A DNA stretch of 64,000 nucleotides from Carpediemonas membranifera BICM. Taxonomy: Eukaryota; Protista; Fornicata. A program made the translations under genes and the position numbers. Under the pieces are notes generated by a model. That model was not told the origin of the DNA and ran no database searches. It worked only from the letters and a program-made list of their open reading frames with translations. Every line of letters begins with the position of its first letter. Position 1 is the stretch's first letter. The stretch lies in assembly GCA_019828565.1 (NCBI GenBank), contig JAHDYR010000012.1:124001-188000 (forward strand). The letters run 5' to 3'. This document shows positions 35,689-46,380 of the stretch, one piece after another.

Positions 35689-36449
35689 TCACATCATGAC
35701 GTCAAACGGCCCTGTGTTGGCGAATCCTGGGTGCAGCTCGCTCCAGTTGAGACTGCCGAGTCCGTCCATCAGCAGACTACCGCTGCCATTGATACCACTG
35801 GACAGGGCAGGATCAGCAGCACGAGGGTCTGCCTGTTCCTGGATGACTTCGACTGTCTTGCCGGCGCCCTCGGCCTCTTGGGGGCCAAGGACCGGCGTGG
35901 CGTGACCCCCGTGATCATCCGGCCTCATGGCCACTGGGTTGAACGAGGCGGTGTCTGCAGGCAGTCCGTCCAGCGGTGTGAACGGGAACTCCGTCTGCAC
36001 GAGCGGATTGGGGGCATACTCGTTGTATATGTTGTTCAAATACACTTGTGAGTTCGCAGCTTCGCAGATGTCCTGGGTAAGCCCCTCCTGCGTCTCTGGA
36101 GTGTACTTCCTGAGGTGTGCGGGGTTGTAACCGGCTGGTGTGATCTCTCTTATGCCCAGAGAGGTCGAAAAGACACGGATGCTCGTCCGAAAGCAGGGAA
36201 AGCTCTGGAATTCTGACTCTTTGGGCGGTACGAAGTAATATTGCTCGTATAATACTTGATTCGCATCCTTTTTCTTGCTGTGAAGCCATCTAATCAGCCG
36301 TTTTGTATGAGCTATCCTACACTGGTTCGCCAAGCGCTGGGACAGGAGCTCCTGTACCTCTTTGTTCTCTACAAATTCATTCCAGTTGTCCTCGAATGTG
36401 TAAGTGTCCTCTGGGAGACCTGGTGGAGTCTTTACGCCCAACATCGACG
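35689..36449 (-). CDS. Hypothetical protein; 5' end abuts or is interrupted by element I
   Basis: Open frame of ~250 codons; no recognisable domain. Confidence 0.45.
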
Positions 36450-39400
36450 TGTGGTAAACTGCACTTGATTGATTTCTCTGACCGAGACTACAGAAGCTTC
36501 TACAGTCCATATATGAGTCAAATTACATCGCCGGGACGAAGTATCGTCTCGTGGTCGAATTTTATCGACGACTACAAGGGTACTCTACGATCAAGGGAGA
36601 AACCCGACTTACTGGTATCCTACCTAAGCAGAGAAGAGGTTCGCAGCATGCTCCAAACTCTGATCACTGCGAGCTACACTTATGAAGCCATTGATGGCAC
36701 TAAGCACAAGTTCGTGTCGAGCGACCAATTCCTCGACTACCTTGCGAGCGAGACGCAACCTTACCTAGTTAGACACCGCCAGGCCGTGTCACAATCCGAG
36801 AGTGAGCACAAGCTCGCCGCCACTGAGCGCGAGGTTCGGATATTAGACGACCTCATCGCCGAGATGCTAGCCGCTGGTTATACGAATGCAGACGTGGCTG
36901 AACACCGAAAGAACAAGATCGCTCTCCTCGCTCAATCCTCTACTCTGGCCGCAGCGGTCAAGACTGAAGGACCCGCCAAGCTCCTCGACACCACTAAGCG
37001 GATCGAAGCCCTCACCCTACAGGCGAACAACACCCTAGCATACATGAGGCTGGTGTTACACACCCATACGCAAGAGAGCCTATCCCACCTCCGCGCTCTA
37101 CCCAAGGTGGTGGTTGGGACATCGAGGACGAGCACCATCGCCTCTGCGCTGGCCTACGTCGCGCAGTACGACAGAATCGCCGGGCTGGCACTTGTGGACG
37201 AAGATAGGGCCGACTCGAACGTGCAGCGAGACCTGAAGCAGACCCTCATGAATGGGCTGAACTTCCCTAACGCCGAGAGTCGTGCCCTAGTCTTCGGCGA
37301 GGGATCGTCCAACCTCATAGCCTCAGAGGACACTACACTCACCGACCTTATCGCAACGGCCCGGACCGCCCTGGTCGAGGCTGACACGTCGATCCGTAAG
37401 TATGACCGATTCTACGTCACTACTGCCACAACCATCGACCATGAAGAGACGCCAGGCGCCTCTAAGAGCAAAGGCGCCACTCCGCACCACCAGCCTCAGA
37501 GGCAGGAGAAGCCTCACGCCTCTCGTGAGACAAAGCACAAAGCATGCGACTGGCACTTCACGCGTGGCCACTCGAACGCTGACTGCGAGGTCCTAAAGCA
37601 GCTCACGTCCGACCCGTCTAAGATAACAGACAAGCAAGTACTTATCCACCTCCTCAGAGCAAGCGAGAAGCATAAGACCAAGCACAAGGAGGCCCTGCGC
37701 ATTCGCGACGAACGCAAGCTTAAGGAGCTCGCCCAGGGCACGACTCTACTCATGCAGTCCCCGCAGGCACCCATAGCCACGGAGATCCCCCCCGACTGCG
37801 ACGACTATCTCACTCTCGTCGAGGTTGAAGGCAAGCCTATTGTCGCGGACATGGACACCGGCGGCAAGCAACTCCCCTTCATCATCCGTAAGGACGCCGC
37901 GCAGTATCTGGGCATCAAGCAATCTAAGGCTTCCCCAGTAGTCCTCAACGCCATCGAGGGACCAACAGCCCTCGAGGCGCAGCCCTCCGAGCCGTTTAGG
38001 CTCCGCCTCATAGATCCGAACTACTTCCCGATCCCCACGACCATCACCATCACAGCCCACATTGTCGACACCTTCCCCGTCGCATGCCTCCTGGGGAAGA
38101 GCCTCCTCCGCCGCACCGGAATGGATTTCGGGCCGAACGCCGTAACCGCCGAGGAGCCTCCTCACCTCCATGACGTCTCCAACACCTCAGAGATGCTTAA
38201 TCTCTTTACACCCGACGAGACGGCGGTCCTTCCACAAGTCCATGACAGAGTGGTTGGCGACATACGAGCCAAGTTCCTGCTCTTGCTGGGGACGTTCGCC
38301 TTTATCTTTGGCCCGCTGGGCAAGGAGCCGGCCAAGCTTCCGCCGTACGAGATCCATATCCGCGAGAGTGCCGTCCCTGTGAGGACCGTTCGACGCCTTC
38401 GCAGTGCTGCCCACACTGCTGCAGCAGCGTTCTACATCACGCAGATGATTACTGCTGGGATCCTCGCGACAGTCACAACGGACGAAGGATGGCTGAGCCC
38501 TATCCTCATGGTCCCGAAACCCAGTGCGGACCCGCCTTACAGACTCTGCATCGACTTCAGAGAGCTCAATGAGGCGACAACGGCTGAATGGCATCGCATG
38601 CCCAGTCCTGATGAACTGTTCGAGCAAGTCCGAGGGGCGACCCACTTTGCGAAGTTCGACCTGACATCTGGGTTCTTTCAGCTCTCCTTGGCTGACTCCT
38701 CCCGAAAGTATACGACATTTAGCCACCAAGGTCAGACCCTCCAGTTCACACGGCTGCCGTTTGGGGTTACCAATGGCCCCATGGTCTTTCAGGCCCGCAT
38801 GGAGACCCTTCTGAAGCCCATTCCACACTGCTTGGTCTTCGTGGACGACATTCTACTCTACGCTTCGTCTGAAGAAGAGTTGCTCGGCCAGGTCGAGTCG
38901 CTGTTTGCCGCCCTCGCGGAAGCCAACATTAGGCTGTCACCCACCAAGTCTATCATCGGGGCCTCGGAAGTGGAATACCTAGGCTTTATTGTCTCAGGGA
39001 GTGGGGTCCGCATCGACCCGAAGCGCCTACAAGGCATCACCGACCTTCCCGTGCCGCAGTCCTCCAAGGACGCGAAGCATGTCGTGGGTGTCTTTTCCTT
39101 TATTCGCCAGTTCATTCCCAACTTCGTTGAGAAGGCGCGTCTCCTACAGGACCTCGCGTCTAAGAAGCACGTCTCCAGCGATGACGCCTCTAATTCATTG
39201 TCGATCCTCAAGGCCGCAGCGGCCAACGCAGTTGAGCTCGCTCACTTTCAGCCCGACAAGCCCGTCCACGTGTATACCGACGCATCTAACGTGGGCATCG
39301 GCGCCTCAATTATCCAGGATAAGGGGCCGATCGCCTTTTACAGCAAGAAGCTCTCTGATACGGAGGCCCGATGGACCACCGTCGAGCAGGAGATGTTCGC

Positions 39401-40999
39401 CATCGTGTCCACGCTGTCGCGCTTTCGCTCAATCCTTGCGGGCTCGAACATCATACTACATACCGACAGTCGCAACCTCACATTCATGGCCCGGTCCGAG
39501 ACCCCAAAGGTCGCCCGCTGGGCACTGGAGGTTGCCCAGTACAGCATCACGGAGCTCGTACATGTCGACGGGTGCGCTAACACAGCGGCCGATGGCCTTT
39601 CGCGCGTGCCGACCCTACTAATGGAGTCCCTTCCCGAGCAGCTCAAGAAAGAGCGCTTCCTCTTCGTCCATAACAGACACCACGCGGGTGTCGAGACGAC
39701 GCTCCGCCTTCTAGATGTCGCTGAACTTTCTTGGCCCGGGGCCAGGGAGGACGTCTCACGTTACGTCACGAATTGCGTCACCTGCGCTAAGCAGACCAAC
39801 AGAACGAACGTGCAGTTCACGCCAGGCATGATCCAGACAGCACCGCCGCTCTGTGTCGTCCACATGGACCTCATAGGCCCTATCGACCCGGCCGACCAAG
39901 GCTTCAAATACATCCTCACATGCATCGATGTTGGCACTCGCCTCACGCGAATCATACCCCTGCGCACTAAGGAGCCGCGAGAAATTATTGACCAGGTCAA
40001 AGACGTCATCATCTCCAGACTTGCATGCCCAGACATTATTCAAACCGATTCAGGATCGGAGTTCTGCAACCACGAGTTCTCTAAGTTCTGCTCACAGTAT
40101 GGTATCGTACACCATAACACTACTCCTCTTCGACACGAAGCAAACGGACTTGTTGAGCGCCAGAACCGTGAGATCAACCGGCATCTACGCGTTGGCATCT
40201 CTACACTGATCGACGGCAACAATCGTCATACATGGCGCAGCGTCATGCAACAGACGGAGCTGAACATCAACTCTACGCCTTCGGCTGCTCTCGGTGGCCG
40301 TACGCCTCACGAGGCCGCCTTTTCAGCGGCTCTCATCCACCACCAGGTCAAGAACGGGCCCAGGACTGCCCCAGATACATCGAGCGTCAGCCAAGAGACC
40401 ATGGACCGTGCCATCCACACCATGGCCGCAATCAAAGCTGCTCAGCTCACCAGGAAGGGGGTGAAAGACAGGTTCTATCCCACTCTCGCTTCCCAGCTTT
40501 CTCCCGGCGACTGGGTCCTCGTGCAGCGCGACGCCCCAGTTCCTCGCCTCGAGTTCAAGATGCGTGGCCCCTACCGGGTTTGGGCCGCCACCGAAGACCA
40601 GGGCTACCTCCTTGAGAACCCTGTCACCGGCAAGACTATCAAGAGGCACGCCAGTCGCCTGGCGAAGCTCCAGGAGCGCCTCACGGTCGACGAAGCTCGC
40701 AAGTACTTCGTCCAGGACACTCCCCACGGGATCGTCGACCACATTGTCAAGTGGTTCAAGCGCGCTGACACGGGCATGCCCATGTGCCAGGTGCGTTGGC
40801 TCGGCTACGAGGCCGACGAGGACCAAGACGTACCCATCACTGAGCTCCTCACCAACGATGCGTTTATCCAGTATCGTGACTCAAACGCCCACTTCAACAA
40901 GGTCTGCCAGGACTACCTTGTCCAACACGCTAGGCGTTCTCGCCACTAGGGGGCGATGTGGTAAACTGCACTTGATTGATTTCTCTGACCGAGACTACA
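36450..40999 (+). mobile_element. Ty3/gypsy chromovirus I, intact, with 43-bp LTRs
   Basis: Identical repeats at 36450-36492 and 40957-40999 (TGTGGT..ACTACA); 5-bp TSD CGACG; PPT AGGGGGCGA. Confidence 0.95.
36513..40949 (+). CDS. Element I intact gag-pol polyprotein with chromodomain
   Basis: ATG 36513; CDWHFTRGHSNADC, MDTGG, FVDD, YTDAS, CVTC, TDSG, NGLVERQN, GPY, IVDHIV..QVRWLGY. Confidence 0.95.
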   Translation: MSQITSPGRSIVSWSNFIDDYKGTLRSREKPDLLVSYLSREEVRSMLQTLITASYTYEAIDGTKHKFVSSDQFLDYLASETQPYLVRHRQAVSQSESEHKLAATEREVRILDDLIAEMLAAGYTNADVAEHRKNKIALLAQSSTLAAAVKTEGPAKLLDTTKRIEALTLQANNTLAYMRLVLHTHTQESLSHLRALPKVVVGTSRTSTIASALAYVAQYDRIAGLALVDEDRADSNVQRDLKQTLMNGLNFPNAESRALVFGEGSSNLIASEDTTLTDLIATARTALVEADTSIRKYDRFYVTTATTIDHEETPGASKSKGATPHHQPQRQEKPHASRETKHKACDWHFTRGHSNADCEVLKQLTSDPSKITDKQVLIHLLRASEKHKTKHKEALRIRDERKLKELAQGTTLLMQSPQAPIATEIPPDCDDYLTLVEVEGKPIVADMDTGGKQLPFIIRKDAAQYLGIKQSKASPVVLNAIEGPTALEAQPSEPFRLRLIDPNYFPIPTTITITAHIVDTFPVACLLGKSLLRRTGMDFGPNAVTAEEPPHLHDVSNTSEMLNLFTPDETAVLPQVHDRVVGDIRAKFLLLLGTFAFIFGPLGKEPAKLPPYEIHIRESAVPVRTVRRLRSAAHTAAAAFYITQMITAGILATVTTDEGWLSPILMVPKPSADPPYRLCIDFRELNEATTAEWHRMPSPDELFEQVRGATHFAKFDLTSGFFQLSLADSSRKYTTFSHQGQTLQFTRLPFGVTNGPMVFQARMETLLKPIPHCLVFVDDILLYASSEEELLGQVESLFAALAEANIRLSPTKSIIGASEVEYLGFIVSGSGVRIDPKRLQGITDLPVPQSSKDAKHVVGVFSFIRQFIPNFVEKARLLQDLASKKHVSSDDASNSLSILKAAAANAVELAHFQPDKPVHVYTDASNVGIGASIIQDKGPIAFYSKKLSDTEARWTTVEQEMFAIVSTLSRFRSILAGSNIILHTDSRNLTFMARSETPKVARWALEVAQYSITELVHVDGCANTAADGLSRVPTLLMESLPEQLKKERFLFVHNRHHAGVETTLRLLDVAELSWPGAREDVSRYVTNCVTCAKQTNRTNVQFTPGMIQTAPPLCVVHMDLIGPIDPADQGFKYILTCIDVGTRLTRIIPLRTKEPREIIDQVKDVIISRLACPDIIQTDSGSEFCNHEFSKFCSQYGIVHHNTTPLRHEANGLVERQNREINRHLRVGISTLIDGNNRHTWRSVMQQTELNINSTPSAALGGRTPHEAAFSAALIHHQVKNGPRTAPDTSSVSQETMDRAIHTMAAIKAAQLTRKGVKDRFYPTLASQLSPGDWVLVQRDAPVPRLEFKMRGPYRVWAATEDQGYLLENPVTGKTIKRHASRLAKLQERLTVDEARKYFVQDTPHGIVDHIVKWFKRADTGMPMCQVRWLGYEADEDQDVPITELLTNDAFIQYRDSNAHFNKVCQDYLVQHARRSRH

Positions 41000-41752
41000 C
41001 GACGAAGTAGCGTACATAAACTGCACACTCCGAAGTCGTCAAAGTCGACTGGTCAGAGTCGCATTTGGGTCATTCCAGCTTCATTCGGGCCGTTTTTTTC
41101 TTTTAAAATGAGCATCCCGACTCAACAGGATCAGCATCAGGGAGAGCCCCTCAGTTCCAACGGCCCCGCTCTCCGACCTTGGCAACATCGCGGCGATTCT
41201 CGCCGTGCTGCCTGACCAGCGCGTCACTGCACGCCAGCTGGAGGTTGAGGGCAACCTTCGTGCCCAGCAGGCCAGTTTGGCTGCCTTTTGCGTAATGCCA
41301 ATCTCGCCTCAGGCAGAAGTCCAGTATCCTCTTCCTGCAGCGAAGCATGCCAGTGCCTTCTTTCTTATGGACATCCTTTCCGCTAAACAACACTAAATGG
41401 CTTGAGTGACTCAGCTGCCTCTGTCCGGAGTCGTTGAAATTTCCAGGCTACACTTGCAAGTGCCGCCCAAACCGAATGAAGGATCCCCCGACACTGCTCT
41501 TGTCAGTAGATCCCAATGAGTTGACCGAGAGCGCCGTACCATTTGTGCAGGATAATACTGTTGTGACCTGAGTCATCACACCTGGCAGGAGGTCTGAAAG
41601 AACCAACGAAACGCGCCTTTAATGAATACTGGACAACTGAGGTCCGTCTCATCCAGTAGCTGCACTTGGTGCTTCTGCCCACTACCCGACTCAGGCCCTT
41701 TGCTCAGGTGTCGCGGGAGTGCCCGTTTATCAGTCCCGGTTACAAATGATGA

Positions 41753-43074
41753 CTACTTGCCACTGTCGCTATCGTCGCTGGGAGGTAGCAGGGGCGCCTC
41801 CGCGTCGCTCACGTGCCCGTCCTGATCAATGGGTCCCTTGCCCGGCTTGCCCTCGACGACGACGTACACCGTCGAGAGTAGGGAAGACAGTACACCCAGC
41901 CCGATGATGAAGACCCACACCGGGATCCTGTCTACGGACGCCGTCATGTCGTACAGCTGCCCCGTAAATATCGGGGTGAACACGCGGGCTAGGGCCTGGA
42001 ATAGGCCGTTGAAGCCGGTAATCAGAGCCCGCTGGTCGGCCGCGCAGTGCTGGCCGAGCAAGGCGGCCATGGGGGCCTGGGCGAAGGTCTGGCCGGCAGC
42101 GTTCATGAACATCGCCCAGGGGAAGAGCCAGGCCGGGATGACGTGGCAGAACATGAGCGGGGCCCAGGTGAGCACCGTGCCGAGCGTCATAAGGATCGAA
42201 TCGCGGCGGAGGAGGATCTGCAGCGGCTTGACCAGGATCGAGACAACCGATAGCCCAAGTCCGACCAGGGTGAATATTCGGGCGAATATTACGGTGGACT
42301 GCTCCCTGTCAAGATGGTAGTGGTCAGTGATGTAGAAGGGGACCATGGCAGGCAGGCCGGCTAAGGACATGAAGAGCACGAGGCAAACCAGGTAGAGTAG
42401 CCACAGGCGGTAGTTGAGGAAGACGGTGAGGTAGCTGCGGGCACGGTCTCCGGCGGTGTGTTTGCCTGACTGGTGCATGTTGGGACCAAAGAAGATCAGG
42501 GCGCATGTGACAGTGCCGGCAATGAGGCTGAATCCGGCAGCGATGAAGCAGGTGGGGAGCCAGGCGTCGTCGATGTCACCGTGGTAGTGCTGGACAATCT
42601 TCTTCGAGAGCTGGGAGCCAACGACGTACGCCATGCCATAGAAGAGGCCGCCGACACTGACGACGAAGGACCTGTGGCGAGGCGGGGCGAGGTTGAGCGA
42701 GATGGCCTGGAAGATGTTGAAGCAGGCCGAGGCCGCGCCAGACAGCCCGTTGACGAAAACAAGGCCGAGGTATGTTGACACGAAGGCGGATAGGACGCTG
42801 GACGCCGTCATGACGGCGAAGCAGGCCATGAGAATGACGGAGGGGCGGTGGGAATCGGCGTAGTAGCCCAGAAGGGGGGCGGAGACGAGGGAGGCAAGGC
42901 TCCAGACGGATGTGAGGACGGAGTTGGCTAGATCGTAGTGGCTGTCGACGATTGTCTCCAGATAATACGGCTGGATCGTCCGGATTAGCTGGTTCACGAG
43001 GTCTTGCGTGAAGAAACCGCAGAAAACGCCAGCCAACGCCAAGACCACTCTGAAAAGATGTTGCTTGTCGACAT
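41753..43074 (-). CDS. Major facilitator superfamily transporter
   Basis: About 12 hydrophobic segments; GYYADSHRP resembles MFS motif A. Likely ATG at 43074, with a homopolymer frameshift near 43055. Confidence 0.85.
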
Positions 43075-43213
43075 TGGGGCTAAATGAGAAGGAAATACTG
43101 CAAAGACGATGAAGGAGTTCGTGCCTTCAACAGTAGCAAAGCGGATCGCCACGAGATCTACACAAATTGAGCGAGATCTGAACCCATAGGCTTGAGACAT
43201 TTTTCCGCTTTAA

Positions 43214-45229
43214 TTAAGTATCCTCGCCATCGCCCCGAAGGCATATAACATCCCATATCGGCCGCTTTGTGCCTACCGCGGCGATCGACGCGACCGCATT
43301 CTTGCCACCGCACTCGTAGAGACCGTCGGCAGTCCTGGCAAGCACACGCGACACCGAACTCGCGTCAAATAACTCAAAGGGAGTCGGGGGCACCTTAATC
43401 TGCCGCCATCCGATCATCTGTCTCAAGTTCCTCGAGTCGAACGACGCCAGGCCGACTCTGGGAGTGTCGAGGGCCCACCAGCGGCCGTTGGCGGTCTGTG
43501 CAACGTACATCTGACTTGTCACACTGAACTTGACAATGGGCATAGTAAAAGATTGCGCGATTTCCGAAAACAAACCCAGGTGACCTTCATCCCGGTTAAA
43601 ATTGAAGTCCTTTCCAGCCATATAAATCCGGCCGCCATTGTTATAAAACACTGCGTTCTCCCTGAACACCAAGTCGTCCGGCCGGTCGACGTCCAGCAAC
43701 GTGGCCTGACGCTCGCCCCCCGCCCAGTCCAGTGTCAGTGGCGTCAGCACGTCGACTGGATTGGCGTGTCCCAGGCCGAAGCACCCACTGTGGTTGGCCC
43801 CGAGCACGTAGCACCGGTCCCGGGCGAATATGGCCGTGTGTCCCGACGTGAGGTCTATACGGGTGACGTCTCTCGCGGGTATCGCGGTGAGGGGGGTAAA
43901 CCTGCGAACATGGGCCACGTCCTGGCACACGCCCAGCGCCCCGAACACGGAGCGAGTGAACCGGTTGTCTCCCGCGGTCACGAGGCCGACGGGCGTGGCG
44001 ATGATGGTCCGGCGGCAGTGGGCGGCGATCGTCTGGACAAGCCGGGACTTTCGCCACGGGCCGAGAGACTGCTCGTATTCGGAGACGGCTGGGGCGCTGC
44101 TGAAGGGCACCAGGGTTGGCGTGCGGATTTCTCTGGCGTCGAGACCGAGCTCCCCCGTGAGGTTCTGGCCAAAGACGAATAGACCCTTGGGCGTCACGGC
44201 AAACGAGGACCGGCCGTACTCTGCGGTGTGAAAATGTACCACAGGTGGGACTCGAACCAGCGACCATCTCTTGTTGGACGAGAGAGTGCCCGTGCCTGCT
44301 TCACCAGAGATGTTGTCGCCGTGGGTGAAGAGCTTCCCGTTGAACCAGGTCGCTCTCATCGAGGCCCCGCCCTTCGTGTGTCTCTGGCCAGGTCTGTTGG
44401 CCACAGCGAATGTCCTGAATGTCTTCCTGCACAGGAACGGCAGGATACGGTCTCCGACTGTCCGCGAGTCAAGGCCCGGGTCAGCCCCGGCATGCATGAG
44501 AATGCCCCATATGGTCCCCGGCATCAGCGTGTAGAGGGTGTCGGGGAGGTCGCCTTCGATGTCCAAGGTCCGCGGGCTGGGGCTGGTCCCGTCGAAGGCA
44601 CGGGCGGCGCGGGAGACACGGCGGGACAGCGTGTGGACGAGGGGGACGAGGGCTGGGTCCACGAGCCCGGCCTTGGCTGCCAGCGACGCCAGTGCTGCGG
44701 CCTCGTCCTGCGTGACATTGGGCTCGACGGCGTCCACCGTGCGATCTGGTACTGCGATTCCGAGATGTTCCAGACGGCATATGAGCGCTGTCACTGCGGC
44801 ATGGATGCCTTCGACGAAGTTCCCGGGGATGTCAGCGTCAAACGGGGTCCGTTGATTCAGGGCACACACCGCGTTCTGACGGGACGCCGCCTCCACTAGA
44901 TCGGCCGTGTTGGCGTGGATGGCAGCTAATGTGGCTTTCTTGAACTCGTTTAGCTGGTAATCGAGCTCAGCGGCGGCTTTCAGCGTACCTCTGAGAGAAT
45001 CGGCGCGCTCGCACACGCCACAGTGCTCCAACAGGGCTTCAAGGAACACCTTTTGCTCATACGCGCTATTGAGCGCCTTATCGACTTGTTTCAGCTGAGA
45101 AACAAGGTCCATGCAAACTTGGTCTTCTTCTGACCATCGCGGCACAGATAAGCATTGCCACCGGCACTGCCACGACTTGCTGACTGTCGGCGTGGGGCTG
45201 GCTGGGCTGGCCCAGGGATGTAGTGGCAC
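43214..45229 (-). CDS. RCC1/BLIP-II-like repeat protein with N-terminal coiled coil (probable start 45112)
   Basis: Repeats LFTHGDN..GEAG, LFVFGQN..GELGL, VTAGDN..GALGV, YVLGAN..GCFGLGH. Confidence 0.72.
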   Translation of the reverse strand: MPLHPWASPASPTPTVSKSWQCRWQCLSVPRWSEEDQVCMDLVSQLKQVDKALNSAYEQKVFLEALLEHCGVCERADSLRGTLKAAAELDYQLNEFKKATLAAIHANTADLVEAASRQNAVCALNQRTPFDADIPGNFVEGIHAAVTALICRLEHLGIAVPDRTVDAVEPNVTQDEAAALASLAAKAGLVDPALVPLVHTLSRRVSRAARAFDGTSPSPRTLDIEGDLPDTLYTLMPGTIWGILMHAGADPGLDSRTVGDRILPFLCRKTFRTFAVANRPGQRHTKGGASMRATWFNGKLFTHGDNISGEAGTGTLSSNKRWSLVRVPPVVHFHTAEYGRSSFAVTPKGLFVFGQNLTGELGLDAREIRTPTLVPFSSAPAVSEYEQSLGPWRKSRLVQTIAAHCRRTIIATPVGLVTAGDNRFTRSVFGALGVCQDVAHVRRFTPLTAIPARDVTRIDLTSGHTAIFARDRCYVLGANHSGCFGLGHANPVDVLTPLTLDWAGGERQATLLDVDRPDDLVFRENAVFYNNGGRIYMAGKDFNFNRDEGHLGLFSEIAQSFTMPIVKFSVTSQMYVAQTANGRWWALDTPRVGLASFDSRNLRQMIGWRQIKVPPTPFELFDASSVSRVLARTADGLYECGGKNAVASIAAVGTKRPIWDVICLRGDGEDT

Positions 45230-45383
45230 ATGGATGCTGTAGAACGTCTCGATCCGGGGCAGATTCGCCCTCGCTAATCGAATCTAATCTGAAATGATTC
45301 AATCAAATCAATGGAGACATCCGACTCCCATGCCGACCCACGCGTGTAAATGCGCCATTTATAAAATATTAGCCGCAGTACGT

Positions 45384-46349
45384 TCACAGCACGCTCGTAA
45401 AAGTCGGCTTCATCGTCTGAAGCGCCTTAACGACGCGGCCCTCGTACCTCGACCGGTCCAGCGGCTGGACTGGCCGCAGCTCAGCCATGCGGTGGGCCGT
45501 CAGTGGCCTGGGGGCGGACCCGGTGGACATACTCCTGGGGCGACCCTGTCGTCTCTTATTGAGCCGCTCCGCCCTCTTCTTGAGCTGCGGTGAGACAGAA
45601 ACCCCGGTGAATGGACCCAGGACATACTCTCTCACGAGGTCTACTGGCCTCATTGAGGTCCAATCCGCCATACTCTCCTGAGAGGGTGGGAGAGGTCCAT
45701 TGACCGTGTTCTGGTCCCCATACACAGCTGTGGTCGCCTCACTAGACGGCCCCTTGACATCTTCCGGGTCCATACGGTCCAGGTCGTCCCACAGCATCTG
45801 CTCTACCCGACACGCCTCACGGGCATGTTGCATAGTGTGGGCATCAGCAATAAGCTGCTCAATCTCTACTGGCGTCAGCATCTCCAGACTGCGCTGGAAC
45901 TTCGAGGGGATCCGCCTGGTTCCGTAACACTTGTGGAAGTCCCGCCGTGACGACTCAAGTTTCGACTCCTCCAAGTCGACCGGCAGAGGCGCTGTGGACC
46001 CCAAACTCGCCATAGAAGGGGTCCGGGAGAATGAGGGGGTCATGAGGTCGTCGACAACGTGGTCCATGCTGTGGCGGTGCTTCAGGCGCGCCTCGTTTGC
46101 AACGTGGGCAGCGCGATAGCTCTTGTACCGCGGAGGTTCGGCGTAACGATGATCCTTTTGGGAGTATGTGGCCCGTAAACTGTTGTAATCGGCTGTACTT
46201 GCGTGCCTGTGCTGCTCTGTGCCGTGTGCCGTCGTGTGAAGCTGTGCTTCTCTCAGATCAGAGACGTTGCACGTCCTTGCGTCGCTAATGCGGGTTTTAA
46301 GTGGAGTAGCGGTGACTCCTGCATCTAATGGCTCCTTGGCATATCCCAT
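45384..46349 (-). CDS. Hypothetical protein (321 aa)
   Basis: ATG-initiated long ORF; no recognisable motif. Confidence 0.6.
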   Translation of the reverse strand: MGYAKEPLDAGVTATPLKTRISDARTCNVSDLREAQLHTTAHGTEQHRHASTADYNSLRATYSQKDHRYAEPPRYKSYRAAHVANEARLKHRHSMDHVVDDLMTPSFSRTPSMASLGSTAPLPVDLEESKLESSRRDFHKCYGTRRIPSKFQRSLEMLTPVEIEQLIADAHTMQHAREACRVEQMLWDDLDRMDPEDVKGPSSEATTAVYGDQNTVNGPLPPSQESMADWTSMRPVDLVREYVLGPFTGVSVSPQLKKRAERLNKRRQGRPRSMSTGSAPRPLTAHRMAELRPVQPLDRSRYEGRVVKALQTMKPTFTSVL

Positions 46350-46380
46350 TCCGATGTTTCAAGCGTCTTCGAAATTCACA

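Noticed and set aside
41017-41026. TAAACTGCAC just outside element I matches the LTR start
   Set aside because: A single 10-mer match; insufficient to claim homology-guided targeting.
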